A DNA stretch of 63,443 bases, the filler included, from Octopus bimaculoides (lineage: Eukaryota), in assembly GCF_001194135.2 (NCBI RefSeq). It is 6 parts of 5 records of this genome, joined end to end, with 100 filler letters (N's around TTAATTAATTAA, not from the genome) between each part and the next. Parts side by side here need not be neighbours in the genome. Positions count along the whole stretch, not along the records: positions 42,513 to 57,162 come from NC_068983.1; positions 57,263 to 62,246 come from NC_068982.1; positions 62,347 to 63,443 come from NC_068988.1; 3 more parts are not named here. One strand, given 5' to 3'. The notes under the pieces were generated by a model. That model was not told where the DNA came from. It made no database searches and saw only the letters and a list, made by a program, of their open reading frames with translations. The translations under genes and the position numbers were made by a program. Each line of letters starts with the position of its first letter. Position 1 is the stretch's first letter. Shown piece after piece: positions 51,854 to 63,443 of the stretch.

Positions 51854-54309
51854 CTGCCAAAAGCATATAAAATAAACATTTAAACCAAATTTAAAATTAT
51901 AACTTGTAATATATCATATACCACTATAGTAATGCTAAGTTTGGAGACAGTGTTCTGATTATATTAATTTGATAGTTATCACTGATAGAGAATGGATAGT
52001 AAGAAATCTACAACAACCTATCATTTTGTGTCATATCAAACTTCAATTAATTTTTTTAAAAACTTAATTATATTGAATTAATGCTTCATTTAGCATTAAG
52101 GATGTATAAATATCATTATTTTCTCCTTGACATTTTAAAGCAGTTTTGGGCAAACTGGAGCCTGCAGGACTTTCTGAATGGCATGCCTAATGAAAGTTAA
52201 CCTTGAATTCGTTTCACAGTGTGACCCATCTGATGACGAACCATATCTCATGTGGTCCACTTCTTGGAGAGTACCCATGCCTGCTTTGAATATTCGAATA
52301 TATATTTTTAATAATGCCATGTATCTGACAGTAATCTGGTGACATTTTATGTTAGAGTTAATAACATTAATTTAGAGATAAAGTAACAGACAAGCTTTAT
52401 GATCAGTTTTAGTAGGGAAAGTATAATTGATTGAATTGACTAGTTTTGCTAATTTATGTGTGGTACTGACCCTGCCAAAAGATAGAAATATAAAAGATTG
52501 AATTCAAAATTTACAGAGGTGATAGTAAATATTATATTTTATCAACTTACCACAACTTTCACAGATAAAAATAATAGTGGCAGCCATATAACTACTTGTT
52601 CTTATAGTGTTCTTATACTACCTCACACTAAGCCCACCGTTACTATACACCAGCTGAGACCATGTCATCTTCCACCAACATTTTGATCTTCACAAAGACT
52701 ACGGAACATAGCAAAACTGTCAGTGAGAACAGAATAGACCACCATGACCTCATAGTATTTCATTTTATTAAACACAGTATGGTTGTGCTCACAGCATGGT
52801 CCCAAACCAGACTAAAGCATAGCATATAATGTTTGTTGGACTTATTTGAGTGTTGGATAAAGGTATTAGGGGTATGTGCTACTTATAGTTTGTAGATCCA
52901 AATCCATTGCTGGCATTCTGTCCTGTTTGTGGGTAGAAAATTTTATTTTACTTGACCTTCAGCAAATCTAGCTGGCAGGAAATGTCATAAAATTAGTGTT
53001 TAGCATTTTCCCATACAAGCTCCTTTGAGTTACACATATGTTAGACTTTTAGGTTACTTCCTTTATCTGTGTCATGTCTATTATAATAGGGCTGACTGAG
53101 GTTACTCACAAAGCAAACATTCTTTATACTTTAAACACTTATATTTTATATTTATTTAAGCAATTAATACAATAAAGATTAGGTTATATCAAAACAACAA
53201 ACTAAGGCATTTAGATAAGTAATTCTTTGAAAAATCTGTCATACAAACCAGTTAATTACTTGATAATTAAAATGTCTAAACTGAAAAACAAAGTTATATA
53301 TTCTAATTGTACTTTTAAATCTCAGGAAATGTTTCTATGTCCTGAGGACTGACATTTCTTTATTATTGGTAACTGAATTAGCATTTAGTGTTTTCCAACT
53401 ACTTCAGTTTGTGTTTCTGCATCTTCTCTCTCACTCTCTTTTTCCTTTATCTTCTTTCCTCCTCTTTCTAGCTGATATTAAGATAACTAGCTGATACTCC
53501 AATTATACATTGTTTAATGCTCATAAAATTACCACATTGCTTTTTATGTCATAGTGACATGAAAAATCAAATCAAATGCAAGGCTGATGATCATGAGGAA
53601 ATCAATGATGTTGATGCTAATGAGGATGATGATGTAATGGGTTCAATGAAAATGTTTCTAGATGAAAGTTAAATAGGTATTTAATATTTGAGAAAGACGA
53701 CTAAATATAAATATGCATTTTATTGATGGTATTTTGAAGGAAAAGAAATTTTAAACATTTCAGGTTGAGTCTACCAACAGAATAATTTAGTGATAACAAA
53801 TATTGAAACTAAATCGATGACGAAGAGGAGAAGGTAAAGTAGAAGAATAGATGAAGTGGCAGAGAAAGGAGGAAGCAAAAACTATCTCTGAAAGTTGATG
53901 TAAGATGTTTGGTCAAGCATTGACTGATATTACATCAGGTACCAAGACAAGGGACATAACTCTATTTACCTTTATAAAACTAGAAGAAAATTGATACCTG
54001 GTAATTTTGCATTAGACTTCGAACAGAATTCAATAGTGGAAAAAAAGCCCCCCCACCTCCCCAAAAAACCCAGCCCTTACCATAACAACAGCAACATTTA
54101 AACTTAAACTTGTAGAACAATACACCTTTTATTAGTTATATTGTTGTATTGGAAGAGTAAAGTAAAAATGTTTGCCTTGAACATGTACACATACACTCTA
54201 TATAGTTATATGTATGTGTGTGTACAGTATATTATCTATTTTCTGACAACTGATGATTTGGTATCACATTTAATCAGGACATAATTATGTGAGGAGTCAG
54301 TACAGGCTT

Positions 54310-55050
54310 GACATATGACACTGCATGCACTAACTCCATTGATAGAGACCTCAAAAGCAATGGTGATATGCTAATCATGTTTCTTTCAACAGAAACAAAA
54401 ACACAAAGGCAACTCAAATCAAGTAAACATCGTTGCACCACGCCCCACTTAATAATGAACAGCCTTGAATTGCTTCAAATGTTGGCCTCGCTATCACAGA
54501 AGATCCCCCTTGGCAAAAACACATGATTAAGATAGCTTGGACAATATCTCAATGGCAGCCCCTTCTCTTCAGAGCTCAGAGATTCAACAATTATTGATAC
54601 TTGACAAAGTTTAGGTGTGGCCCACAACGGAGTGTTACAATCATATCTGAAATGGTGGCACTCCTACTGTACACACAGACATTTTAGACTACATCTATAA
54701 ATGGCTACCGGACTGATTGGTAATAGAATCACAGACAAGTTCCAACCTCTGGTCCACAGGCATGCTGTTTCCTCCTTTTACTTTTCTTAGCACTACAATA
54801 GCTTGTGTTTCTCAGATTGGTTTTATGCCACCTCAATTCAGGTAATCCCAATCTACACATATCTCCTCCCCTCATCCCTCTTTGCTATGTTACCCTCTCC
54901 CTGGTGAAACCAAATTACTATACCCAGTCTTTCTTTCCTAGAATAGCAACTTTCTGGAATTCCTACCTGCTCATGTGTTTCCTAAAGGTGTTGGCTTGCA
55001 AAAATTCACAAGGAACATTAATGTTATCAATCTCACTGAGTGGGAGATTG
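54310..55050 (+). mobile_element. CR1/L2-like LINE RT 3' remnant (intronic)
   Basis: Decayed motifs including YYTQSFFPRIATFWNS, and similarity to the element at 48790-49990. Confidence 0.6.
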
Positions 55051-55080
55051 ATAACAAGTGAAAAAAACAAACCTACTGAC

Positions 55081-55187
55081 CTTGTCTTGATAGTTGAGAT
55101 TCTGTAACCCTATGATTCCAGATTTAGTTATATCAGGGGTTGCTAAGTAAGTATGTAGTAAACAGTTGAATCCAAAGGTAATTTTAT
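55081..55187 (-). CDS. Glucose-6-phosphate 1-epimerase-like gene, first visible exon: (D)KITFGFNCLLHTYLATPDITKSGIIGLQNLNYQDK
   Basis: Acceptor ttttatttcag, donor AAG|gtcagt, 107 nt (phase 1 to 0). Contains the family motif F-x-x-LLHTY-x-x-x-x-DI...GL-x-x-x-x-Y-x-DK with the catalytic His. Confidence 0.9.
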
Positions 55188-55429
55188 CTGAAATAAAACA
55201 AAATCATAAACAATATAAGAAACTTATCTTTTTATTGTTACAATGACTCATTCATTCACACTTTCATTGAAGTAAATGTTGAAAAATGAGGTGACATGTT
55301 TAGATGTAGTAATAAAAGAGTGGACTTTTTGTACAATATTCTAAGATATATTGTAAATTTTGCATAATATTTTAAGATATATTGCAAATAAATGACAAAA
55401 TAAATAAATATGTGTACATATAAATATGA

Positions 55430-55920
55430 TGATGATGATGATGATGATGATAAGGAGGTCAATTTTTACATGCTTGCAAGGGTTGGATGAGTTCTTTCTT
55501 CACTGTGTTCTACCACTTGTTGAATTCCTTTTGCCATCTCTTTTGTGAGGCTCAGCATCCTGAGGTCAGTTCTTACCATTACTGCTTATGTCTTCCTTAA
55601 CCTTTTTCTTCCACTTGGATCTCCAGGTATTTCTTTATCCATCTCTCATTATCCATTTGTTTAACATATATATATCAATGCTGATGTCTCTCTGATTTTT
55701 CGTTTCTTTTATACCAAAATATTGTCTTTGCTTCTCTATATCTCACCATTCATGCACATGAATATTTCAATCCAGCAGAACAGGTTTGTTTCAATAATTT
55801 ACAGAACTGGTGCACATCATCTGCACTTTGTTCCCACATCTCACTACCATGTTGCATTGCAGTTCATGCACAAGCATCGTGCAATCTATTCAATACTTGA
55901 AAAGAGCATCTTGAACCTTT
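55430..55920 (-). mobile_element. Older RTE 3' remnant
   Basis: Decayed frame SGRKRLRKT*AVMVRTDLRMLSLTKEM parallels the younger adjacent RTE. Confidence 0.55.
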
Positions 55921-55924
55921 TCTA

Positions 55925-56895
55925 CATCATCATCATCATCATCATCATTATCATCATCATCATTTAACGTCCATTTTCCATGCTAGCATGGGTTGGACAG
56001 TTCGACCAGGGTCTGGGAAGCCAGGAGGCTGCACCGGGCTCCAGTCTGATCTGGCAGTGTTTCTACAGCTGGATGCTCTTCCTAATGCCAACCACTCTGA
56101 GAGTGTAGTGGGTGCTTTTTACATGCCACCAGCACAGGGGCCAGAGGAGGCTAGCAATGGCCACGATCGGTTGGTGCGTTTTACGTGCCACCGGCATGGA
56201 AGCCAGTCAAGGCAGCGCTGGCATCGGCCACATTCAGATGGTGCTTTTTACATGCCACTGGCACTGGTATCACAACTACAATTTCCATATGATTTTCATT
56301 TTGATGTTGATGTTGATGTACTTGACTCAATAGGTCTCCTCAAGCACAGCAAGTCGCCCTACAATCCAAGGTACTTTTGAATGGGCTGGGGCTGGTTATG
56401 TGAAACTGGTGTAGGATACAGCCATGAACTCATTTTATTTGCTGGGTCTTTGCAGTCACAACATATCTCCAGAGGTCTTGCTCTTGCGTCATTGCCTCTG
56501 TGATGCCCAACGTTCGAAGGTCATGCTTGACCACGTGATCCCATGTCTTCCTGGGTCTACCTCTACTTCGGATTCCTTCAACTGTTTGGAAGTGGCACTT
56601 CTTCACACAGCTCTCCTCATCCATCCATAGTACATGACCATACCAGTGCAAACGTCTCTCTTGCACGCACATCCTATGCTTCTTATGTCCAACATTTCTC
56701 TCAGGGCTCTTACACGCTGTTGTGTGTGCACACTGACATTATACATCCAACGGATCATACTAACTTCATTTCTTTTGAGGTTACACATGTCCTCCACAGT
56801 AACGGCCCATGTTTCACTGCCGTGAAGCATACCAGTTTGCACACATGCATCGTACAATCTACCTTTCACTCTGAGCAAAAGGCCCTTTGTGGCCA
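55925..56895 (-). mobile_element. RTE-clade LINE 3' end with 3' UTR and (GAT)n tail
   Basis: KGRLYDACVQTGMLHGSETWAVT..., RRLHWYGHVLWM...RGRPRKTWDHVVKHDLRTLG. (CAT)n on the plus strand at about 55925-55962. Confidence 0.9.
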
Positions 56896-57005
56896 GCAGG
56901 GGTTTTCTGTTATCTATGCTTTCAGAACCAAGGTAACAGAAGATATCATCTACTATGGAGCCTTTTAACTATTGGGAAAAACTAATTTTACTGCTCTATT
57001 TGTAT

Positions 57006-57118
57006 GAGTTCATCCCTCCTAGAATTCAAGCTGTAATTACTGCCAAAGATGGTCCTACTCCATATTAAAATGAATTTGCTTGCAGTTTTAAGGTGGTTCC
57101 ATTATTTTGTCCAACCCC

Positions 57119-57122
<4 letters not shown>
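57006..57122 (+). mobile_element. 3' end and right TIR of the same Tc1 family
   Basis: Matches 37345-37460 (gagttcatccc...ccattattttgtccaacccctgta). Confidence 0.85.
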
Positions 57123-57162
<40 letters not shown>

Positions 57163-57262
57163 NNNNNNNNNNNNNNNNNNNNNNNNNNNNNNNNNNNNNN
57201 NNNNNNTTAATTAATTAANNNNNNNNNNNNNNNNNNNNNNNNNNNNNNNNNNNNNNNNNNNN

Positions 57263-57305
<43 letters not shown>

Positions 57306-57794
57306 GTATGTGTATATATATATACACACACACACACACTCACAGACACAAATTGATAGCAATGTATTACTAGACGTACAAAAGATAGAAACCCGCGCTT
57401 TTTCAAGTTTGATTTATATTTATGTATATACATGTGTATGTGTGTGTGTGTGTGTGTAAGTGTGTGTATTTGTATGTGTGTGTATTTGTATGTGTGTGTA
57501 TGCATATATGTATGTAATTATACATACACTTACATAAACTTATATATGTTTGTATATGTGTGTGTATATATGTATGTATCTGTATGATTCACCTTTCCTA
57601 ATAAGGAAAAATGATATGTGCAATAAATTTTTTTTTTTTAATAACTAATCTGATATTGAATTAAATTAAATTGTTTACATACTGTTTATAATTATGTGTG
57701 CATATAAACATATATGACTAATATGGAATGAAAAGAAAACGGAGTCCCTAATGCGATCGAACTCACACCCTCTTATTTGAAGAATTAAATGAGA

Positions 57795-58020
57795 ATGGCA
57801 TCAATTCTGGGACTTGATCGTCTGGAAGCACCCGACATTTTGGGGAGGAGACCAGTCGATTAGATCGACCCCAGAATGCAAATGGTACTTAATTTATCGA
57901 CCCCGAAAGGATGAAAGGCAAAGTCAACCTCGGTGGAATTTGAGCTCGGAATATAAGGACAGACGAAATACCGCTAAGCATTTCGCTCGGTTTGCTAACG
58001 TTTCTGCCAGCTCGCCGCAT
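57795..58020 (-). repeat. SINE C
   Basis: cgaccccgaaaggatgaaaggcaaagtcaacctcgg...tttctgccagctcgccgc. Confidence 0.85.
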
Positions 58021-58294
58021 TCCTGATTTGAAAATATTGCAAAAATAACAGAGAAAGAAGTTCTAGGGTATCAGAGCAACCGTCGATGCACCCAGACCAC
58101 GCAGAGGACACTGAAAAAAAAAAAAAAAAAGACCGAAAAACTGGATTTTGTAAATGTAACCTGACTACAAAATTAGAATACTTGTGAGTGTGTATTCATG
58201 CAGACATACATACATATACATGCATTTATATACGTATGTATGTATGCATGCATGCATGCATGCATGTATGCATGTATGTATATATGTATATATG

Positions 58295-58328
<34 letters not shown>

Positions 58329-58570
58329 AGTGTGTGTGTGTGTGTGTGCGTGTATATATATGTATATATATATATGAATATATATATATATGTGTGTATA
58401 TGTATATATATATGTGTGTATATATGTGTATATATATATATATATGCACTTACAAAAGACACAGACACATTGAAGGACACGCATGCGTAGACACATACAA
58501 TAGGAATACAAAATACAAAATGGCTGATAGTTAGCAAGGTGAGACACACATAAGAAAGAAGGAAACAAAG

Positions 58571-58622
58571 GACCACTGATGAGGTCACAGAAGTGTGACG
58601 AAAGAACTCTGGCCGAAATAAG
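58571..58622 (+). ncRNA. Hammerhead-like core truncated by an assembly gap
   Basis: CTGATGA(58576-82)-GGTCA...TGGCC(58610-14)-GAAAT, followed by an N-gap. The NUH triplet and the 3' strand of stem I cannot be seen. Confidence 0.4.
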
Positions 58623-59102
58623 NNNNNNNNNNNNNNNNNNNNNNNNNNNNNNNNNNNNNNNNNNNNNNNNNNNNNNNNNNNNNNNNNNNNNNNNNNNNNN
58701 NNNNNNNNNNNNNNNNNNNNNNNNNNNNNNNNNNNNNNNNNNNNNNNNNNNNNNNNNNNNNNNNNNNNNNNNNNNNNNNNNNNNNNNNNNNNNNNNNNNN
58801 NNNNNNNNNNNNNNNNNNNNNNNNNNNNNNNNNNNNNNNNNNNNNNNNNNNNNNNNNNNNNNNNNNNNNNNNNNNNNNNNNNNNNNNNNNNNNNNNNNNN
58901 NNNNNNNNNNNNNNNNNNNNNNNNNNNNNNNNNNNNNNNNNNNNNNNNNNNNNNNNNNNNNNNNNNNNNNNNNNNNNNNNNNNNNNNNNNNNNNNNNNNN
59001 NNNNNNNNNNNNNNNNNNNNNNNNNNNNNNNNNNNNNNNNNNNNNNNNNNNNNNNNNNNNNNNNNNNNNNNNNNNNNNNNNNNNNNNNNNNNNNNNNNNN
59101 NN

Positions 59103-59250
59103 AACTTAGCAGTTCGGCAAAAGACACCGATAGAATAAGTACTAGGCTTACAAAGAATAAATCCTGGGGTCGATTAGCTCGACTAAAAAGGCGGTGCTCC
59201 AGCATGGCCACAGTCAAATGACTGAAACAAGTAAAAGAGTAAAAAGAGTA
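59103..59250 (+). repeat. SINE B 3' half
   Basis: aacttagcagttcggcaaaag...ggcggtgctccagcatggccacagtcaaatgactgaaac. Confidence 0.85.
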
Positions 59251-59279
59251 TATATATATATATATATATTCTTCAATAT

Positions 59280-59375
59280 GGCGATCTTGTCCTTTCCTAC
59301 ACGTCAGTTATACAAACAGCTACTCTCACTAGCTATGCTGATGATACAAAACTGTTTTAGGCAATTAAGAACCTT
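59280..59375 (+). mobile_element. LINE RT fragment
   Basis: SYADDTKLF motif (tatgctgatgatacaaaactgttt). Confidence 0.45.
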
Positions 59376-59401
59376 GGTTCTCAATTGGTTATATAAATAT
59401 G

Positions 59402-59433
<32 letters not shown>

Positions 59434-60041
59434 CATACATNNNNNNNNNNNNNNNNNNNNNNNNNNNNNNNNNNNNNNNNNNNNNNNNNNNNNNNNNNNN
59501 NNNNNNNNNNNNNNNNNNNNNNNNNNNNNNNNNNNNNNNNTGTGTGTGTGTGTGTGAATGTATGTATGTTTTTTCTTTGAGTTTTATTTAAGTTTTTCTC
59601 AAGAGATTCAAGTTGGCCACTAACAAACCGGCAAGATCTTTTGAGTTAAGAGAGTTCCCGGTGTTTGTAAATATGTGATTGAGTTTGGTTGTGTTGCCTG
59701 AGCTATCAATGCATACACCCGAGTGTGTGCATTTATTCACCTAATGAATCTCCGATGGAGAATCTTTGAAATTGGTTTACAAATCTTCACTGTGCCACTA
59801 ATAGATTGGATTTGGATTGTATGCTCTTTTCTGTTTTTGATTATTGAAAATTTTCTTTTGAAGAAGGAGCTGGCTTCTAACAAAGATATAAAGCTCATTC
59901 GTTGGAATGTTGATAACGAAAACCATGTAACATTTTAAACTTGAGAAAAGTCTTGCATAGTTTTACTATTCCGCTTACAGATTGTATTTGTAATGTACAC
60001 GTCAGTTAGTCGATTTCTTTTTCTGAAAATCCAAGCATATA

Positions 60042-60077
<36 letters not shown>

Positions 60078-60189
60078 TGTATGTATGTATCTATGTATGA
60101 GAGAATTTACGAAAAAAAATAACAGACGAAGACAGGTGGTGTAAACAACAAATGGATGTATTAGTTTAATGCTCGGGAATAGAGAAAGT

Positions 60190-60225
60190 CTTTGACGTTT
60201 CGAGCCTACGCTCTTCAACTGAAAG
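60190..60225 (-). ncRNA. Minimal hammerhead-like motif (degenerate core) in the same short repeat
   Basis: Minus strand reads CTTT-CAGTTGA-A-GAGC-GTAG-GCTC-GAAAC-GTC-AAAG. Stems I and II are perfect, the core has substitutions. Confidence 0.5.
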
Positions 60226-60383
60226 GAACACAGAAAGAAATAAGGAGAGAAACAAGGAGAAAAAATATATAAATGTAGTGGTCAGCGATCTTATGTATGT
60301 ATGTATGTATGTATGTATGTATGTATGTATGTATGTATGTACAAAAGAAAGAATTTAAATGCATCCTGCAATAAACATTAAAA

Positions 60384-60466
60384 TAGCTCCGATGAGGCTA
60401 TAAGATTTCCCACGACAACTCAACTCTGAGTATGGCACTTCTTATAGTAGAAACAATCGTATGCTA
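60384..60466 (+). ncRNA. Degenerate type I hammerhead ribozyme
   Basis: TAGCT-CCGATGA-GGCTATAAG...CTTATAGTA-GAAAC-AATC-GTA-TGCTA. Stem II is about 8 bp. U4 is changed to C, and the 10.1/11.1 and 1.1/2.1 pairs are mismatched. Confidence 0.45.
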
Positions 60467-60609
60467 ATGAAATTAATTACGTAACTCCTTGCTTTTCTTG
60501 TTATTCATTAAATGATATTACATTCTGTACTCACTTGATGCCAAAACATAAATATACAGTGTTCTAACAACTAGTTATTAGTATCTCTGTGTCTAAGCGA
60601 AACCATGTT

Positions 60610-60718
<109 letters not shown>

Positions 60719-60849
60719 ATTTTTATGTGTTTGTGCTTGCACATAACCACGGGTTCAAAATTTCGTTTCGGAGTTCATGAGGCCACGTGTTCGATCCTAC
60801 TCTGTGACATCTAGGGTATGTGTTTTTAGACATAGCCTTGTGAAGACAG

Positions 60850-62185
60850 GGGTGCAAGAAAGATGGCTGAACTAATGAAGGAATGAAGAATTGAACGAAT
60901 GAATGAATAGAACTGTAAAGTGAAGAAAATAAAACAATGAAGACGAATGAAAAATTGAAAGAGTGAACGATGAAGGGAATATATGAATGAACGAATGAAC
61001 GACCGATCAAATGAAGGAATGAAAGTACGAAACAAGGAAAAGAGAAAGAAAAATACAATTATGAAAGTAAAATGTTGGAAGGAATATAGAAGTAGAGGGG
61101 AAAAGAATGAGAGAACGAATGAATTAAGGATGAGGAAATAGGTAATGAAAGGTAAAAAGAAGGAAGATAGAAAGCAAGACAGAAAGAAAGCAAGAAAGAA
61201 AGAAAGAAGAAAAAAAGAAAGGAAGGAAGAAAGAAAGGAAGAAAGAAAGATAAAGAATGAAGAAAGAAAGAAAGAAAGAAAGAANNNNNNNNNNNNNNNN
61301 NNNNNNNNNNNNNNNNNNNNNNNNNNNNNNNNNNNNNNNNNNNNNNNNNNNNNNNNNNNNNNNNNNNNNNNNNNNNNNNNNNNNNNNNNNNNNNNNNNNN
61401 NNNNNNNNNNNNNNNNNNNNNNNNNNNNNNNNNNNNNNNNNNNNNNNNNNNNNNNNNNNNNNNNNNNNNNNNNNNNNNNNNNNNNNNNNNNNNNNNNNNN
61501 NNNNNNNNNNNNNNNNNNNNNNNNNNNNNNNNNNNNNNNNNNNNNNNNNNNNNNNNNNNNNNNNNNNNNNNNNNNNNNNNNNNNNNNNNNNNNNNNNNNN
61601 NNNNNNNNNNNNNNNNNNNNNNNNNNNNNNNNNNNNNNNNNNNNNNNNNNNNNNNNNNNNNNNNNNNNNNNNNNNNNNNNNNNNNNNNNNNNNNNNNNNN
61701 NNNNNNNNNNNNNNNNNNNNNNNNNNNNNNNNNNNNNNNNNNNNNNNNNNNNNNNNNNNNNNNNNNNNNNNNNNNNNNNNNNNNNNNNNNNNNNNNNNNN
61801 NNNNNNNNNNNNNNNNNGGGGAGAGAGATGGAGAGAGAGAGAGATGGAGAGAGAGAGATGGAGAGAGAGAGATGGAGAGAGAGAGATGGAGAGAGAGAGA
61901 TGGAGAGAGAGAGATGGAGAGAGAGAGATGGAGAGAGAGAGAGAACAGACAGACAAGGAGGAGAAACAATGGATAGAGATGCACACGAGAGAAAAAGAGA
62001 GAGAGTGAGAGAGAGAGAGAGAAGTGCATGAGACAGAGGGAGAAAGAGAGATGGAGAAGGGAGAAAGAGAGATGGAGAAGGGAGAAAGGAGAAGGGAGAG
62101 AGAAGAGACAGAGACGCAAACGAAAGAGAGATAAGTGCATGAGTCAGAAATAGAGATACGCACCGGAGAGAAAGAAACGTGCACA

Positions 62186-62216
<31 letters not shown>

Positions 62217-62247
62217 CAGAGAGAGACAGAGAGAGAGACAGAGAGAN
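60850..62247 (+). repeat. Purine-rich simple-repeat block (GAAT/GAAA, then GAGAGAGATG) spanning a gap
   Basis: Read directly. It explains the long L/S/F-rich and E/R/K-rich ORFs here. Confidence 0.9.
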
Positions 62248-62580
62248 NNNNNNNNNNNNNNNNNNNNNNNNNNNNNNNNNNNNNNNNNNNTTAATTAATT
62301 AANNNNNNNNNNNNNNNNNNNNNNNNNNNNNNNNNNNNNNNNNNNNACACACACATATGTACAAATTCTTCTCTATAATAAATAGCGTATTTTCATCAAG
62401 AATCTAAGTTTATCTGCAATATCTTCTATCTTCCTAACTAATATTTTTGTCTGTTATTCTTCCGCCATTTCTTTCGCCATTATTCTATTTCTCCTCTGTC
62501 ATCTTACACAGGATAAAGTATTTGTGTCCGTATAAATTTAGGCAGTTTGATTCTTATCAAAGTCTGTTCCTGTCTACACT

Positions 62581-62652
<72 letters not shown>

Positions 62653-63404
62653 CCCAATTGTCTGTCTATCTATCTATTTTCTAGTATGTGTAAACCTCCA
62701 CTAAAACATCTCACCTAGCCAGCATTTATTTTTAATATATTATTTATCTCGCAATTTATCTGTCTATCTGTCAGCCCTACTATCTCTCACATCTCCATCT
62801 CAGTATCAACTTCATTCAAACAAACAAAGTCTGCCCACATTCCACACCAAAACGGAAACGAAGATCCCATAAAACCGATAAACATTCACATCCAGCAAAA
62901 TGATAGTTGAAGGTCACATAACATTTTACTCATGAGGCTTCGGACGCACCATATGTTTCGACTAAAACTAAATACCATATGAAATCATCAAACCTTCATA
63001 CACCCTCCATACCCATCATATATATATATACCTAGAAAAAGAAACTGCAAACATATTTCCTTTAGATACATCTTATTCAAGTTCNNNNNNNNNNNNNNNN
63101 NNNNNNNNNNNNNNNNNNNNNNNNNNNNNNNNNNNNAAAAAAAAAAAGAAAAGAACAAATGTAAAAGAAAGTTATAAAAGGGTATGGCTTTGTTGTATTC
63201 TTGGAGAGTAAGATTCATTCATGTAATAACAAATAGGATTCTACTACATCTGTTCACCAGGTTCAGAAATCCCAAATGATCCTAATTTCAAGAGCTTCTC
63301 TAGAGTAACTGCCATCCCATCTGATAAAGTATTTTTTGAAAGCTACTCGTTGATAGCATACATACTTACATACATACAAACATACATACATACACACAAA
63401 CACA

Positions 63405-63443
<39 letters not shown>

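Noticed and set aside
52135-52320. 61-aa minus-strand ORF as an epimerase exon
   Set aside because: The flanking exons already join in phase without it. The plus strand looks like a decayed Tc1 segment (LGKLEPAGL...KLTLNSFHSVTHL...).
62935-62995. Minus-strand TTGATGA...GTCGAAACATATGG resembling a hammerhead
   Set aside because: Stems I and II cannot be formed and the core is mutated.

Overview
Animal genomic scaffold, AT-rich with many N-gaps and microsatellites. The SINE families and gap style point to a coleoid cephalopod, probably Octopus (inference). Most long ORFs in the supplied track are artefacts of N-runs or simple repeats. One host gene can be reconstructed by hand. Four minus-strand exons (55081-55187, 51792-51853, 50203-50294, 47338-47510) splice GT-AG with matching phases (0, 2, 1) into the C-terminal half of a glucose-6-phosphate 1-epimerase (YMR099C/YeaD-like). 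Its 5' exons are not visible. The rest is transposon-derived: a Penelope-like element (RT + GIY-YIG), two mariner relics, a Tc1 relic, an L1/Tx1-like ORF1 inserted into a SINE head, RTE and CR1-type LINE remnants, and three SINE families. The most interesting unexplained signal is a set of type I hammerhead-ribozyme motifs. One is fully intact (24-124). Two are minimal loop-less copies inside a short dispersed repeat (14772-14804, 60190-60225). One sits between ~358-bp-period direct repeats (33854-33898). Others are degenerate or truncated by a gap (58571, 60384, 2038). Together they suggest a PLE-pLTR/retrozyme-like family of small self-cleaving RNAs.
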